The notes: generated by a model from the letters alone, not told the origin. A stretch of DNA of 64,000 bases from Felis catus (GCF_018350175.1 NC_058373.1:111974001-112038000); one strand, 5' to 3'. Counted from the stretch's first letter, positions 12,849 to 25,532 are shown. Numbers and translations are program-made.

Positions 12849-13072
12849 GGGGCGCCTGAGTGCCTCAGTAGGTTCAGTGTCCGACTTCCGCTCAGGTCAT
12901 GATCTCATGGTTTGTGGGTTCCAGCCCTGAGTCGGGCTCTGCGCTGACAGCTTCGAGTCTGGAGACTGCTTCTGATTCTGTATCTTCCTCTCTCACTGCC
13001 CCTCCCCTGCTCACGCTCTGTCTCTCTCTGTCTCTCAAAAATAAATAAATATTAAATTTTTTTTTTTTTAAA
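12849..13072 (+). mobile_element. SINEC_Fc
   Basis: CAN-SINE head, CT tract and A tail; TSD aagaaagtttacaggcaa at 12831-12848 and 13073-13090. Confidence 0.97.
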
Positions 13073-13214
13073 AAGAAAGTTTACAGGCAAGCTACAGACT
13101 GGAAGGAGATATTGACAATACAAATACCTGACTAAGGTCTTGTATTCAAACTATATAAAAGAATTCTAAAAAACAATAAGAAAACAAACTTTTTTTTAAT
13201 GAATAAAATGCTCA

Positions 13215-13436
13215 GGGGGTGCCTGGGTGGCTCGGTTGATCAAGCGCCTGACTTCGGCTTGAGTCATGGTCTCACGGTTCATGGATTTGAGCCTTGTGTC
13301 GGGTTCACTGCTGTCAATGCAGAGCCCACTTCAGCTTCTCCGCCCCTCCTACCCAAACTCTTTTGCTCAGAAATAAATAAACATTAAAGAATAAATAAAT
13401 AATTAAATAAGTGAATAAGTAAGTATGTAATAAATA
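13215..13436 (+). mobile_element. CAN-SINE, older/diverged
   Basis: gggggtgcctgggtggctcgg head and (aaat)n tail; TSD aataaaatgctc. Confidence 0.9.
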
Positions 13437-14274
13437 AATAAAATGCTCTAACAGGCACTTTATAAAAGGTGAATTCAAATGGACAGTAAGTATAGGAAAA
13501 AGATACTCAATAATAGTACTCACTAGGAAATTGGACACTTCCATGCCCACCAGAATGGTTAAAATTTTAAAACTGACAGTGAAAGTTTTGGTGAGTATGT
13601 GGAGCGACTGGAACTCTTACACATTACAGGGGAGAGTGAAATCATTTCAACGGTATCGGAGATATCTGCTAAAGTTAAATACTTGCCTACCCCATGCAAT
13701 TGTACTCCCGGATGCAATAACTCTTAGATATGTATCTAAGAGATATAAGTGTATGTGTCTACATACAGAAGAATGTTGACAGTAACCAAAAATTAAAAAC
13801 AAAGCAAATGTGAACAGGAGAATTGATAAATTGTGTTATATCCATATAATGAAATACATCAATTAAAAACAACAAACTTCTACTACTCTCAACCCATCAA
13901 TGAATCTCACAAACAAAATGGTAAACTAAAATAGCCAGACACAGAGACTACATACTGTAAGATTCTATTATAGGAAATTCAACAACAGGCAAAATAAATC
14001 TGTGTTGATAGAGGTCAGAATAGTGGCTACCTTAAATGGTGGCGGGGGGCGGCGGTTATGGATTTGGAAGTTGACAAAAGGACCTGGGTACTAGAAATAT
14101 TTTATATCTTGATCTGGATGGTTGTTACAAAACTATATATACATGAAAATATTCATGTAGCTGCACTTTACTATAAATTATACCTCAAAAATACATTATG
14201 TAACTGAAATATTTACTGGTTAAATAATATTATATCTGGATTTAGAAAGGAAGGGAAGTGAATAGAGGTATTTA

Positions 14275-15474
14275 TTATTTTTTAATTTAATTTATTGTCA
14301 AGCTAACATACAGTGTATACAGTGTGCTTTTGGATTCATCACTTACATACAACACTCAGTGCTCCTCCCAACAAGTGCCCTCCTCAATGCCCATCACCCA
14401 TTTTCCCCTCTCCCCTGCCCCCCTCATCAACCCTCAGTTTGTTCTCTGTATTTAAGAGTGCTTTATGGTTTGCCTCCTTGGTCAAAACTATTTGTCCCCT
14501 TCCCTTCCCCCATGGTCTTCGTTAAGTTTCTCAAGTTCCACATATGAGTGAGAGCATATGATATCCATCTTTCTCTGATTGACTTATTTCACGTAGCATA
14601 ACATTCTCTAGTTCCATTCATGTTGCTACAAAAGGCCATATTTCATTCTTTCTCATTGCCACGTAGTATTCCATTGTATATATAAACCACAACTTCTTTA
14701 TCCATTCATCAGTTGATGGACATTTAGGCTCTTTCCATAATTTGGCTATTGTTGAAAGTGCTGCTATAAACATTGGGGTACAAGTGCCCCTATGCATCAG
14801 CAGTCCTCTATCCCTTGGGTAAATTCCTAGCAGTGCTATTGCTGGGTCATAGGGTAGATCTATTTTTAACTTTTTGAGGAACATCCACACTGTTTTCCAG
14901 AGTGGCTGCACCAGTTTGCATTCCCACCAACAGTGCAAGAGGGTTCCCATTTCTCCACACCTTCGCCAGCATCTGTTGTTTCCTGCGATGTTCATTTTAG
15001 CCACTCTGACTGAGTTGATATCTCAGTGTGGTTTTGATTTGTATTTCCCTGATGAGGAGTGACATCGAACATCTTCTCATGTGTCTGTTGGTCATCCGGA
15101 TGTCTTCTTTAGAGAAGTGTCTATTCATGCCCATTTCTTTAAAAAAAATTTTTTTAAATGTTTTATTTATTTTTGAGACAGAGAGAGACAAAGCATGAAC
15201 AGGCAGAGAGAGAGGGAGACACAGAATCTGAAGCAGGCTAGCTACAGGCTCTGAGCTGTCAGCACAGAGCCCAACGCAGGGCTCGAACCCACAAACTGTG
15301 AGATCATGACCTGAGCCGAAGTTGGACACTTAACCAACTGAGCCACCCAGGTGCCCCTCTTCTGCCCATTTCTTCACTGGATTATTTGTTTTTTGGGTGT
15401 TGAGTTTGGTAAGTTATTTACAGATTTTGGATACTAACCCTTTACCTGAATGTCATTTGCAAATATCTTCTCCC
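14275..15474 (-). mobile_element. Feline L1, 5'-truncated, split by a SINE
   Basis: Minus-strand ORF2 remnant ([19 protein letters not shown]...); TSD agtgaatagaggtattta (14257-14274) / agtgaatgggggtattta (15475-15492). Confidence 0.95.
15140..15357 (-). mobile_element. SINEC_Fc inside L1
   Basis: Typical body on the reverse strand; flanking repeat tgcccatttctt. Confidence 0.95.
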
Positions 15475-15619
15475 AGTGAATGGGGGTATTTAAAAGATTG
15501 ACAAGTTGGTAATTTTATAATTGAGTGATGGCCACAGATTGTTTATTATACTATTCTGCCTGCTTTTGTTTAAAATTTCCATAGTAAAAAGTTTAAAACA
15601 AACAAAAGATCAATGAAAA

Positions 15620-16230
15620 AATAAGTCAGATCATGTCATCTCTCCCCTTATAATCTTGCCTTGATTTCTATCTTATGCAGAGTAAAATGCCAATGTCTTC
15701 ATAAATGGCTACAAGGCCCACCCATATGCTTGTTGTCCTTATATCCTCTGCTACTACTCTGGCCTCATTCACTGATCCCATTAACACTGGCATCTCTCAG
15801 GGCCTTTGCTTAGACTGTGCTCTCTGCCTAGAATGCTCTTTCTCCACACATCTGAAACTCCTTCAGTCTTTGGTCAAATGTCATCTCAGTTAGGCCATAC
15901 TAACCATCATATTTAAAATTGTAACCCACTTCCTTGGTATTCTGTACCTTCTTTACTCTGACATATGTTCCCCCTTTCCCTTTAAAGAACTAATACCTTT
16001 CTAACACACTGCATAATTTACTTATTTATTTTATTATTCCATACCTACCTTCCTCTCTATCCTAAAATACTCTCTATCCTAAAATACTAGCTCCTCAAAA
16101 ACATGTATCTTTGCCTGTTTTACTCACCAAAGTATCCCAAACATTTAAAATAGTAACAAAGTCCCCAAAGAGTACCTGGTACATAATATGTGCTCAATAA
16201 ATGCTTGTTTAATGAATCAATGAATGAAAA
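15620..16230 (+). mobile_element. L2 LINE, right part with 3' tail
   Basis: taagtcagatcatgtca...ctctgcctagaatgctctt...tgctcaataaatgcttgtttaatgaatcaatgaatgaa. Confidence 0.8.
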
Positions 16231-16477
16231 ACAGTGCAATAAAAGAAGCCTGATTCTGTCTTGACTTCCCATGCATCCTAATTACAGAAAAAGAAGGTGC
16301 TACCCATGCCACCATAACTGCTTCTGGACCATGTAAGAGTTATGTTTTTGTTAAAATGACAGATGTCAATCTTTGGTGGTATAATAAATGCTAAGCAATG
16401 TACCTGTTATTCTCATTGTCCTGTTTATTTTAATGTGGAAGATATTCAGAGCCCTCGAGGGGGAAGATCTAGGAGCC

Positions 16478-16803
16478 TGTCTTAGTTAGTTTGGGCTGCT
16501 ATCACAAAGTAGCACTGACTGAGTGGCTTATAAACAATTTATTTCTCACAGTTCTAGAGGCTGGAAGTCCAAGATCAGGGTGCCAGCATGGTCAGCTAAG
16601 CCTCTCTTCTGGGTCATCCTCACATCATGGAAGGAGCAAGGGATCTCTCTGGAGTCTCTCTTAGAAGGGCACTAATTCCACTCATGAGGCTCTATCCTGA
16701 TAACCTAATCACCTCCCAAAGCCACATCTCCTAATACCATCATCTTGGGAGGGGGGTAGGATTTCAACATATAAATTTGGGGGGACATATTCTGACCATA
16801 GCT
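16478..16803 (-). mobile_element. MLT1A/MLT1A0-like solo LTR
   Basis: tgtcttagttagtttgggctgctat...aggctggaagtccaagatcagggtgccagca...ctgaccatagc; 5-bp TSD gagcc/gaacc. Confidence 0.85.
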
Positions 16804-16809
16804 GAACCT

Positions 16810-17175
16810 GGCTGACTTGGCTTCCTCAGCTCCAGTCAGTTTGACTGGACACAGTCACAGGACACAGGAGAAGCCATACCACTGGCAGACCAGGACAAAT
16901 CTGACCAGTCACCTTTCATCTTTCAAGAATTGGGACCATGAAACAAGAAACCAGTCAGTGCAGTAGATACTTGACCTGAATAGATTGGGTCCTGCACAGG
17001 CAGAGAGTATGGCATTTGAGGAGCAAGAGAACAGACTCTGTCCTGACTCTAGTCCCACTTAGAGTCCCTGTTCCCACATGGTCCAACAGGACTCTCTCCT
17101 GGCCTTGGATGCCTCGCTAAATTCTTAAAATAAACCCTCTTTACTCAAGTTTCAGTGATTCTGCGTTCATTGAAA
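16810..17175 (+). mobile_element. Possible ancient ERVL-type LTR (LTR16/LTR33-like)
   Basis: Ends aataaaccctctttactcaagtttcagtgattctgcgttcattg, resembling ERVL LTR 3' ends; very degraded. Confidence 0.35.
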
Positions 17176-17299
17176 AGGCATCCTCAGACCAAGGTACCCA
17201 AGCTCTGATATGCCTGATCCTTGGGGGCATTCAAATGAAGGCAGATCCAGCCAGCCTCCCCTTCCATCACTGCATCCCAGAACACTGGTCCAACATGAC

Positions 17300-17432
17300 T
17301 AGTACAGACTCCTGGGCTGAATTCTCAGAAATATGGATTCACATGTAAATGGTAGGATATAAGGACTGATAATATGTGTTGTTAAGACCTCCCTAAAATA
17401 TTCTAATTTGCAAAACAGTTGAGAAATCACTA
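17300..17432 (+). mobile_element. MER5-like DNA transposon fragment
   Basis: cagactcctgggc...attctaatttgcaaaacagttgagaaatcacta. Confidence 0.45.
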
Positions 17433-19064
17433 TAGGCTGCCAATTCCACATACAGACCCTTAACTCATTTCTACAGTGTGCATGTAGTTCTTTTTATAAT
17501 TTTGGACAAAGTTTGCACTGCAAATACAATAAGGCAGATCTTAGTACATACACCTGTATCATCTCCTACCCTCATTTAAGATATATTAAAGGTACAAAAC
17601 CCAATCCTGATAACCCTTAGGTTTCCCTGAGAAGTGAGCTCCCTTTTCTGGCAGCATTACCATATACAAGTTCACATAAATGAAAAAGAGTGAAGCTCCT
17701 CCCCCAGTAAGCAGCCATCCCGGTTCTTGTTTCCCAGAGGTCGCTGAGTCCTACATCAGGGTCACACTGACAGAGGGGTAGATGGGGTGGGACACAAGTA
17801 AATTTTATGACCTGTAATAACAGTCCCAGTGATGCAGCAGAGATAAAAGCGCTAATCAAATTTCATGCTTCAAAGGGTGAGCTGATTACTGCTGGGCAAA
17901 GAGGGGATTTATTCCCAGTGGTTCTGACAGGCACAGGGGGCCAGGTGCACTCTGAGATGCTTCAGACACTACTGACCACTTCCAAAAAGGAGGACCCATG
18001 AGTCAGGCAGTCTAATGCTGACTGGCTGGGTTTCTGTGGTTTCACAGATCCATCACAGAGGGATGCCATAAGAGAATCTTCACAAGCAAAAAAATTTACA
18101 GAGAAAAAGGGACAGAAAGAACTGCAGTGTGAAATGCACCTGGAGAAAACCTAAAGAACTTGTATACCAGGTTATGGTCCAACCTAGGAAGAAAGGAGAA
18201 TCCCGATGACCTCTGTCTTTTCTGTTTGGTGTCTTAACTTCTGTAAGAATCAGTTTCACCCTCTGTGCCATCCAGATAATGATAGTACCACCTCTTGAGG
18301 TGGTTGTGAGAATGAAGGTGGGAAAGATTGGATTATGGGATAGGATTACAACTGGGAGACACCAGAGCACAGGCCCATGGCTGCAAGACAGCATTTCTTC
18401 TGCCTAAGAGCTCTGTGTAGTTAAGATCTTTGGCTCTGGATCAGAGGCATACAGACAGACTAAAAGTCTAATGTTTTTGGTAAAGCCAAAGGAACCATAA
18501 ACCCAGTAATTATTCAACTCCTAGGGCAATTCTCAGGCCTCAGAACTTGCACCAACAGAATGGAGGCTATCAACACTGTTTAACATCCAAAACCTTTGTG
18601 CTTATCTAGAATACGGTCACAGACGACAACCAACTAGGAAGATCCTTTCAGGAGCAAAGCTTGGCATTGAGTGGTGACCCAAGCACTGGGATAACAATCA
18701 TAATTCCTTCCTGTTCTCAGGACTTTTGCAGCCCTTAAGGAACCTCTCAACTGGAACTGAGATGAGGCTAAGCTACATTTCCAAATGCACCCTGCAAGTC
18801 CACTCCAGGTTGCTGGATATCAAACCAGTCCCCTCGCAGATAGGCTGGCCTCTCTTTCCTCTTCCAAATTCCTTCCACTTGTTCTTCAGATCTTAGATAA
18901 AATCAGTCCACCTCTACCCAGAGTATTCTTTAGCCATTCATGCCACAGAACTTTCCTTCTTTCAGGATTCCTTATAACTCTTTTTACTAAGCATCAGTTT
19001 TATGCATAGCGATAATCTCTATCCTAACTAAAACAAACAAATATAAAGGTAATATATTTCAAAA

Positions 19065-19300
19065 GAAAGAACTCTGGCTTTGGGGACTGGCCCTGGTTTC
19101 ATCTTTGTTAACTGAGTGAGTTGTGGAAAGTTCCTTGCCTTCTCTGACTCAGGGTTCTCATCAGTTAAATGCAGATAATCATACTTTGTAGGGTAATTTC
19201 AAAGAGTATAGTATACTTTGTAGGGTAATTTCAAAAGACATATGTAAATCACCTGGCATACAGTAGGCATTTAGTACTTGTATCACTTACTTCTATTAAT
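19065..19300 (+). mobile_element. MIR SINE with an internal duplication
   Basis: ttctctgactcagggttctcatcagttaaatgcagataat...atgtaaatcacctggcatacagtaggca. Confidence 0.7.
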
Positions 19301-19809
19301 TAAGTAATTATTATTATTATCATTTACTTTTTCATGTGTTCCAGGTTCATATATCTAATTAAAATTTAAGCTATTTAAGGATAGAGTTGAGCCTTGCACA
19401 TTTTCATATTCTTCATAGGTTGATGTCCACAATAAGTGTCATGAAATATTTCTTATAAGGACTAAAGTAACTTTTGAAGTAAGGCCATTTTCTTCCCTTT
19501 GGTGTTTGCAAAGTACTAGCCTACAGAGATAGAAGCTAAGTTTGTGTCCATAGCAAATGCAGTGTCCTTTTTGTAATAGTTTTGGAAGCAGATGATCAGT
19601 GGAGCAACTGGAGATTTCAATTGAGGATCCAGACCCAAACATCCAGATATTGAGAATCCAGGGATAGAGTTTACGTGGCAAGAAGAAAAATGTAGTAAAA
19701 ATAGAAATATGGGATAGAAGTCCTGCTATTTCCCAATGGAAGTGATATGAGAGTGGGTGAAAGATCCCCAAAAGGAATCTGGATAACAGGTTCAAGAATC
19801 AGAGACCCA

Positions 19810-20025
19810 GGGCACCTGGGTGGCTCAGTCAGTTAAGTGTCGGACTTCAGCTCAGGTCATGACTCATGCCTTGTGAGTTCGTCAGGCTCTGTGCTAACAA
19901 TTCAGAGCCTGGAGCCTGCTTCGGATTCTGTGTCTCCCTTTCTCTCTGCCCCTCCCCTGCTCACACTCTGTGTGTGTGTCTCTCTCTCTCAAAAATAAAT
20001 AAACATTAAAAAAATTAAAAAAAAA
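19810..20025 (+). mobile_element. SINEC_Fc
   Basis: Perfect 16-bp TSD aagaatcagagaccca at 19794-19809 and 20026-20041. Confidence 0.97.
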
Positions 20026-21644
20026 AAGAATCAGAGACCCATAAGAAGGCCTTTATAACAGAATCAGGTCTTCTAACTCAGGCTCCAAGTTTTATGTGTT
20101 ATCTGTAGAGTCAGGCATCAATTCTGGTCTGATTCCAGGCTATGCAGGAACCAGGAGCCACCTGACTGAGATGTGTTCCCAAAGCTCCCTTCAGGCAGAT
20201 AATAACACACCTCTCTCTTTAAAACTAAACAAGAAAAAATGTTTTCCAAAGAATATACTCTGATTTATTTTTTATATTCTCCAAGAGCAATCATGTTCTC
20301 TTTATATATTCCTAAAAAAAGGCAGAGAAAATCTTCTAGAACATAAACATAAAGAAAGGGACTGCCTCTAGCGGGTGGTGGCTAGAAATCAGGCAACTTG
20401 ATCATTCCACATTTGCATCCCAGAAAAAAAAAAATACAACCACCTTCCATTCACCATCAACTTCCATGTGATCCTTGCATCATTCCCTTCTTGCTCTCTC
20501 AGTGGCTTAATGATCTTTCTTGAAAGACTTCTGTGTGTTCCAGGGGAAAACATGCCTTTCCAGGTCAAGTCTAGCTCTCCCATGTCTGGGGTGGTCTCCC
20601 TGATTCACCACTGGAGCTCCTCACATTTCCCCACCTTGACTTCCTCCTTTGCCATCAGGCATTGCACCACCATCCGCCTTGGAAAAGCTTCATAACTCAG
20701 GATGACAATATAAAAACCATTAAGCCTACATACATCAGCAAAACTGCCTCACTGCTGTCTCTGCTGCAGGTTATAAAGATATGTCACAACACACACAGGC
20801 CCCTCGAGCACTGGACTTGATGTGTTGTGCTCAGAAGGCCACTTCTAAGACCAAAGCCATTTTTCACTCAAGGACTCTGTCAAAGGGTCCAAATGCTGCA
20901 CAAATGCTGATAGTGATAGCTCTGGGGTATTACCCAGGCATGGCCCATTACTCAGATATCAAAACTGGTGATCAGATCAAAATATATACTCATTCATACA
21001 CATTACACTGAAACATGAATATCAATTCCTCTTACTCCTGACTGGGGAAAACCCACCACCTACTGTTTAAGAATCCACTCACTAGGTGAATGGAAGAAAT
21101 AATCAGGGTGGTAAAAATCCAAGATCTGTAAATCAAGTCTAATAATCCCCCAATTTCTATAGCTAGGAAAAATTTCTGCACCCTCGTAGAGAAGAGATTT
21201 TTCCTTAGTGCCCATAAAATATGAGCTCTACTGAGACTACCAAATTTCAATGGCCCTTGGCCTAGAAGCTGCCTTCTGAGACTCCTCAGCTTCCCCTTCT
21301 CAGTCCCACATCCCAACTTTGACCTCTAGGCAGATTAGCAAAAATTTATGTCAAAAACCCAGCGATGATTTAAAAGCAAGTGACAAAGTCAAAAACACAC
21401 ATATCAACCTTCACAAATGTGTATGACATTTGCCCAGAAATCTGTTTTCTGTGGCACTATGACTGAAGGCTATAAGATGGTACAATTTTGTCTCTTGTCC
21501 CTCTCTAGAGGCTTCATAACATCTTGATTGTGAAATGTTATATAGCTGTACAAACTAAACTTCAAGACCTTAATTTAATGTACACTGGAGTTTGTTTAGA
21601 ATTAGGGCTCTCCTTCATTTTCATATCAGATCCTTACCAGTTTA

Positions 21645-22375
21645 CTTATTTTTTATAGCATCCCCACCATTTTGTTTTTATTTTATTTTTATTTTTTATC
21701 TAATTATATAATTCATATAATTTTGTATAATTTATATAATTGGCTAACATACAGTGAGTAAAGTGTGCTCTTGGTTTTGGGGGTAGATTCCCATGATTCA
21801 TCACTTACATACAACACCCAGTGCTCATCCTAACAAGTGCCCTCCTCAATGCCCATCACCCAATTTCCCCTCTTCTCCATCCCTCCATCCACCCTCAGTT
21901 TGTTCTCTTTATTTAAGAGTCTCTTATGGTTTGCCTCCCTCCCTCTCTGTTTGTAACTATTTTTCCCCCTTCCCTTCCCCCATTGTCTTCTGTTAAGTTT
22001 CTCAAGTTCCACATGTGAGTGAAAACAAGATATCTGTCTTTCTCTGACTGACTTATTTCACTTAGCATAGTACCTTCCAGCTCCATCCACGTTGCTGCAA
22101 ATGGCATGATTTCATTCTTTCTCATTGCCAAGTAGTATTCCATTGTATATATAAACCACATCTTCTTTATCCATTCATCAGTTGACGGACATTTAGGCTC
22201 TTGCAGCCACTCTGGAAAACAGTGGGGAGGTTCCTCAAAAAATTAAAAATAGAACTACCCTACAACCCGGCAATAGCACTACTAGGAATTTACCCAAAGG
22301 ATATAGGAGTGCTGATTCATAGGGGCACATGTACCCCACTGTTTATAGCAGCGCTTTCAACAATAGCCAAATTAT
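21645..22375 (-). mobile_element. Feline L1 3' end with twin-priming inversion
   Basis: Minus-strand 3'UTR/ORF2 end up to 22202, then plus-strand ORF2 piece 22203-22375; TSD agatcc(t/c)taccagttta at 21628-21644 and 22376-22392. Confidence 0.93.
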
Positions 22376-22419
22376 AGATCCCTACCAGTTTAAACTTCTC
22401 ACAGCACCATCCATCCAAA

Positions 22420-22515
22420 TCAACACTGTCTGATGCAACTTTTGCAATGATGGAAATGTTTGGTCCAATAAAGAAGCCACTAGCCACATGTGGCTATGGA
22501 GTACCTGAGTGTACT
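22420..22515 (+). mobile_element. MER3-like hAT fragment
   Basis: ctgtctgatgcaacttttgcaatgatggaaatgtt...agccactagccacatgtggcta. Confidence 0.65.
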
Positions 22516-24534
22516 TTCACTATGGCCAATTTCCAGTTACCAGTCTGGAGTCCCCAGACATACAGTCAGGAATGGATATGCGCAATTAGCTTCATGAGGT
22601 GGTATGGGCCAGCTCCAGAACACCATGGGGCGGACCACCAGTGAGCCAGGGGCTACTGGGATGTGGCTTGCCCAGGGAATGGAGGGCACTCCCCACAGTG
22701 CAAGACGTGTGTGTGAGAGGTCCCCAGTGATGACCATGTCTACAGAGCCCAGGAGAAAGAAGGAGTTTGACTATTTTCCAAACAGAGAGCAAAAATCACA
22801 CAGTCAAGGCAGAGCTTGCCTTTCCTCTTACATCTGTTCTCTCCTCTCTATCCCTTCACCCTTGCAGGGTATAAAAGCAGTTGGGGAGGCTGTGAGCTTA
22901 AATTTAAACCTGCATGATATCTCTTGGCCCTAAAGAAACTGTCTCATTGTCATCAAAATCCAGCCTGATGACCAGGGGAGAGTTTCATAACTTTCACATC
23001 AAAGTCAACAACTGTCCCTCTTGAAAACCCCTTCCTTCAATGTCTTTGCATGAAGCTTTTCCTTCCAGATCTCCTATGGTGAAACAAATAAAGGAAACAA
23101 GAATGTAGGTATCTCCTGCTATGACATGAGATAAACATGAATCCATATCCATTCTCTTCCTCCAGTCACAGATGCTTACTCTAGACATTTTTCCTTATCT
23201 GCCAGCTATGTACATTTAGGGCATGTTGTCTCGTCTAAATCCTGTGCAGAAGACAATCACCAAGTTGAGGACTTAGGAAGAATAGCAAAATTTGCTAATG
23301 TTTGGTGAGCATCCAAAGGTGCCAATCTGGAGAGAATGGCACAATTTGGTCTGAAAAGCAGCCTTTTTCTCCCTGCCTGAAGGCAGAGGCAACAGAAGGT
23401 GCCATGCAGAATGCTGCTGCTTCCTCTTGCACGTTCATGGCAGGTACCACCTTGAACCCTCTACTTTCTCCCTCTAGCTTTCTGATTTTAAGCAGAAACT
23501 CAAATGATTCTTCACCCTTTCTGGGTCTTGGAACTATTTAAGAATTGCCAAAGTACTGGGATCCCCAGAATCAGAGTCAGTAGACCCGATTCTAGGGATT
23601 TGAGGCTCAGAAGCCCTGTTTGAAGGCAGGTACTCTGGTGCTTGTGCCCTCCGAGAGCACCACTCTCAGTGATCCTCATCCCCCCAGCTCCTTCCCACTT
23701 TCTCCAGCTGGCTAGGTTTCAGCATAAGACTGCTTGCCCATTGAACTGGCACCATGAACTTCTCAACAGTGGTTTCCTGGGTCTAGAGAAAACAGCCAGA
23801 TTCCTTTAAGCAAATTGTGTCTTTGTTATTGATTTTCTCCACTTGAAGGCTTGAGAATCCCTGATTAGATCATAAACTGCTGCATCAGCCATCCACTGCT
23901 TCAGTCTCTTGAACACAACTTCAATTTCTCTGGAGCACTTCAGCTCAAATGCAGCAAGTTCTGGATGTATATACATTGTGTTTTCACTCATTTAAACACT
24001 AACATTTATTGAGCATATATTAAGAGCCAGGCACTAGTCTAGGGACGGGATATAGCATGAACAAAACAGGTCTCATCTTAATTTATCCTCTTCCAAAAGG
24101 GCAATTCTAACTATTGTTGCTTTCAAAACAATGTGAAAACTCAACCAAAATTCACCTAAGTATTTTGCCCAAGCAAGGAGAGGCAAAGACAAGATGTAAC
24201 ATCATACAGTTTGACTAAACTACTTTAGATTCAACATCTAAAAATAAAATTAGACCATGCAACACCACTGAATTGTGAACAGATGTCTCACAAAAAATTA
24301 GTCTGGAAATGTGCATATATTTAAGTAGACCTGGAGGTTAACTGTGGTGGCCAAAAGGCTTGAGGTCAGCATGAATATAATCAGAGGGTGCTGACGACTT
24401 GGTTAACCAGAGATGGTTTGGCGATCCTAGAAAAATGTAGAATGTGTGTAGTTGGCAATGCAGGGCTAAAGCTTACTAGAGTTGAATAGGCAGCCAAAGG
24501 ACAGACAAGCTAAAAGTTATTTAAAAGTATGTTT

Positions 24535-24600
24535 TATACATATCTATATATCTATATCTATATCTATCGACATAGATAGATAGATATACACACACATATG
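24535..24600. repeat. (TATC)n/(TAGA)n low-complexity repeat
   Basis: Seen directly. Confidence 0.8.
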
Positions 24601-24814
24601 ATATTTAAACTCATTATGGACAGAAAAGATTATAGTCCTAAGGCAATAGCTGGAGAAAGTACAGAGTAAGTACTAAAAGGACATACTATTCTTAAGAAAA
24701 TATTTTAAAATAGCAGTTTCCTATATCCATAGCTTCCAAAGATCCCAGTTAGTGCTAATAGACATTCAAATGAAATTTGAGACTGGGAATATATGAGACC
24801 AGTAGTCTCTACAC

Positions 24815-24961
24815 AGGGGCGAGTCCATATTTTGCAGCATCTGATGGTTCTACAATTTGGGTGATCGTAAAAAAAAAAATTTCTAATACCAAATTAGGTC
24901 CAGAGCCCTGGAAAGGACCCTAAAGCTTCAACCACATTAACTTCACAGTAAATCCATCTCT
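24815..24961 (+). mobile_element. MER53-like hAT element
   Basis: aggggcgagtccatattttg...tacaatttggg...aaattaggtccagagccctggaaaggaccctaaagctt...cttcacagtaaatccatctct. Confidence 0.7.
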
Positions 24962-25344
24962 ACCCAAGTGAATATGAGAAACACATACTTCTTTAGTGTT
25001 AGGATCACAGTGACTGAGATAAGATTGGAAGCCCAATTTGGAGAATTTTGTAATCAGAGAACAATTATTTAAAGGTGCTTTGATAAGGAGACGCAAGATA
25101 ATAGTGAAGGTGGTGTGAAGGGAGGCTTTTGGCGATCCAAACCACTGAAATAGACATCCAATGTAAATTTAAACGAGATACTGATTTTTCCTATCAATTT
25201 GTCGACTTAAAATAAAAATCATACTGTTAAGTCAGCCTCGAGAGAGCACGTACAGCATCTACATATGATTTACAAAAAGACCCCACATAGGCAGACAAGG
25301 TGAAAAGACAAGTCCCCTTTGGTCAGGTAGAGCCCCCATAGGTG

Positions 25345-25532
25345 AAAGGTGTAACAATCAGTGGGGCTTTGGGGCAAGGTAAAAAAACATTCTTTTCGCT
25401 ATGTGGTACCCCACTTGCAGGATGCCAGGCTGGGCAAAGGAAATGCAGACTGGATTTCAGCCCTAATTCAACCTCTCAGCTGGGCACCTTTGTGCAGTGT
25501 TCCAACTATACAACGAAACATGGCAGTCCAGT
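25345..25532. mobile_element. MER91-like (hAT-Tip100) element within old L1-like sequence
   Basis: ctgggcacctttgtgcagtgttccaactatacaacgaaacatggcagtcc. Confidence 0.55.

Larger units (their letters stand above)
11245..14256 (+). mobile_element. Ancient L1M ORF2/3'UTR inserted into L2
   Basis: Degraded L1 ORF2 motifs (aagcatttgataaaattcaa, acaagataaggatgtccactatcatc, tggaagactcagtattgtt); hosts further insertions. Confidence 0.8.

Noticed and set aside
9131..14274. Possible inversion by recombination between the inverted L1s
   Set aside because: Each L1 keeps its own matching TSD pair and the host repeats remain collinear.
16054..16087. 17-bp tandem duplication (similar small ones near 27187 and 35493)
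   Set aside because: Ordinary slippage-type duplications with no further structure.
20360..20382. CTCF-like motif (reverse strand ccgctagaggcagt); also ccaggggcgc at about 59728
   Set aside because: Each lacks a base of the core consensus; too weak without ChIP data.
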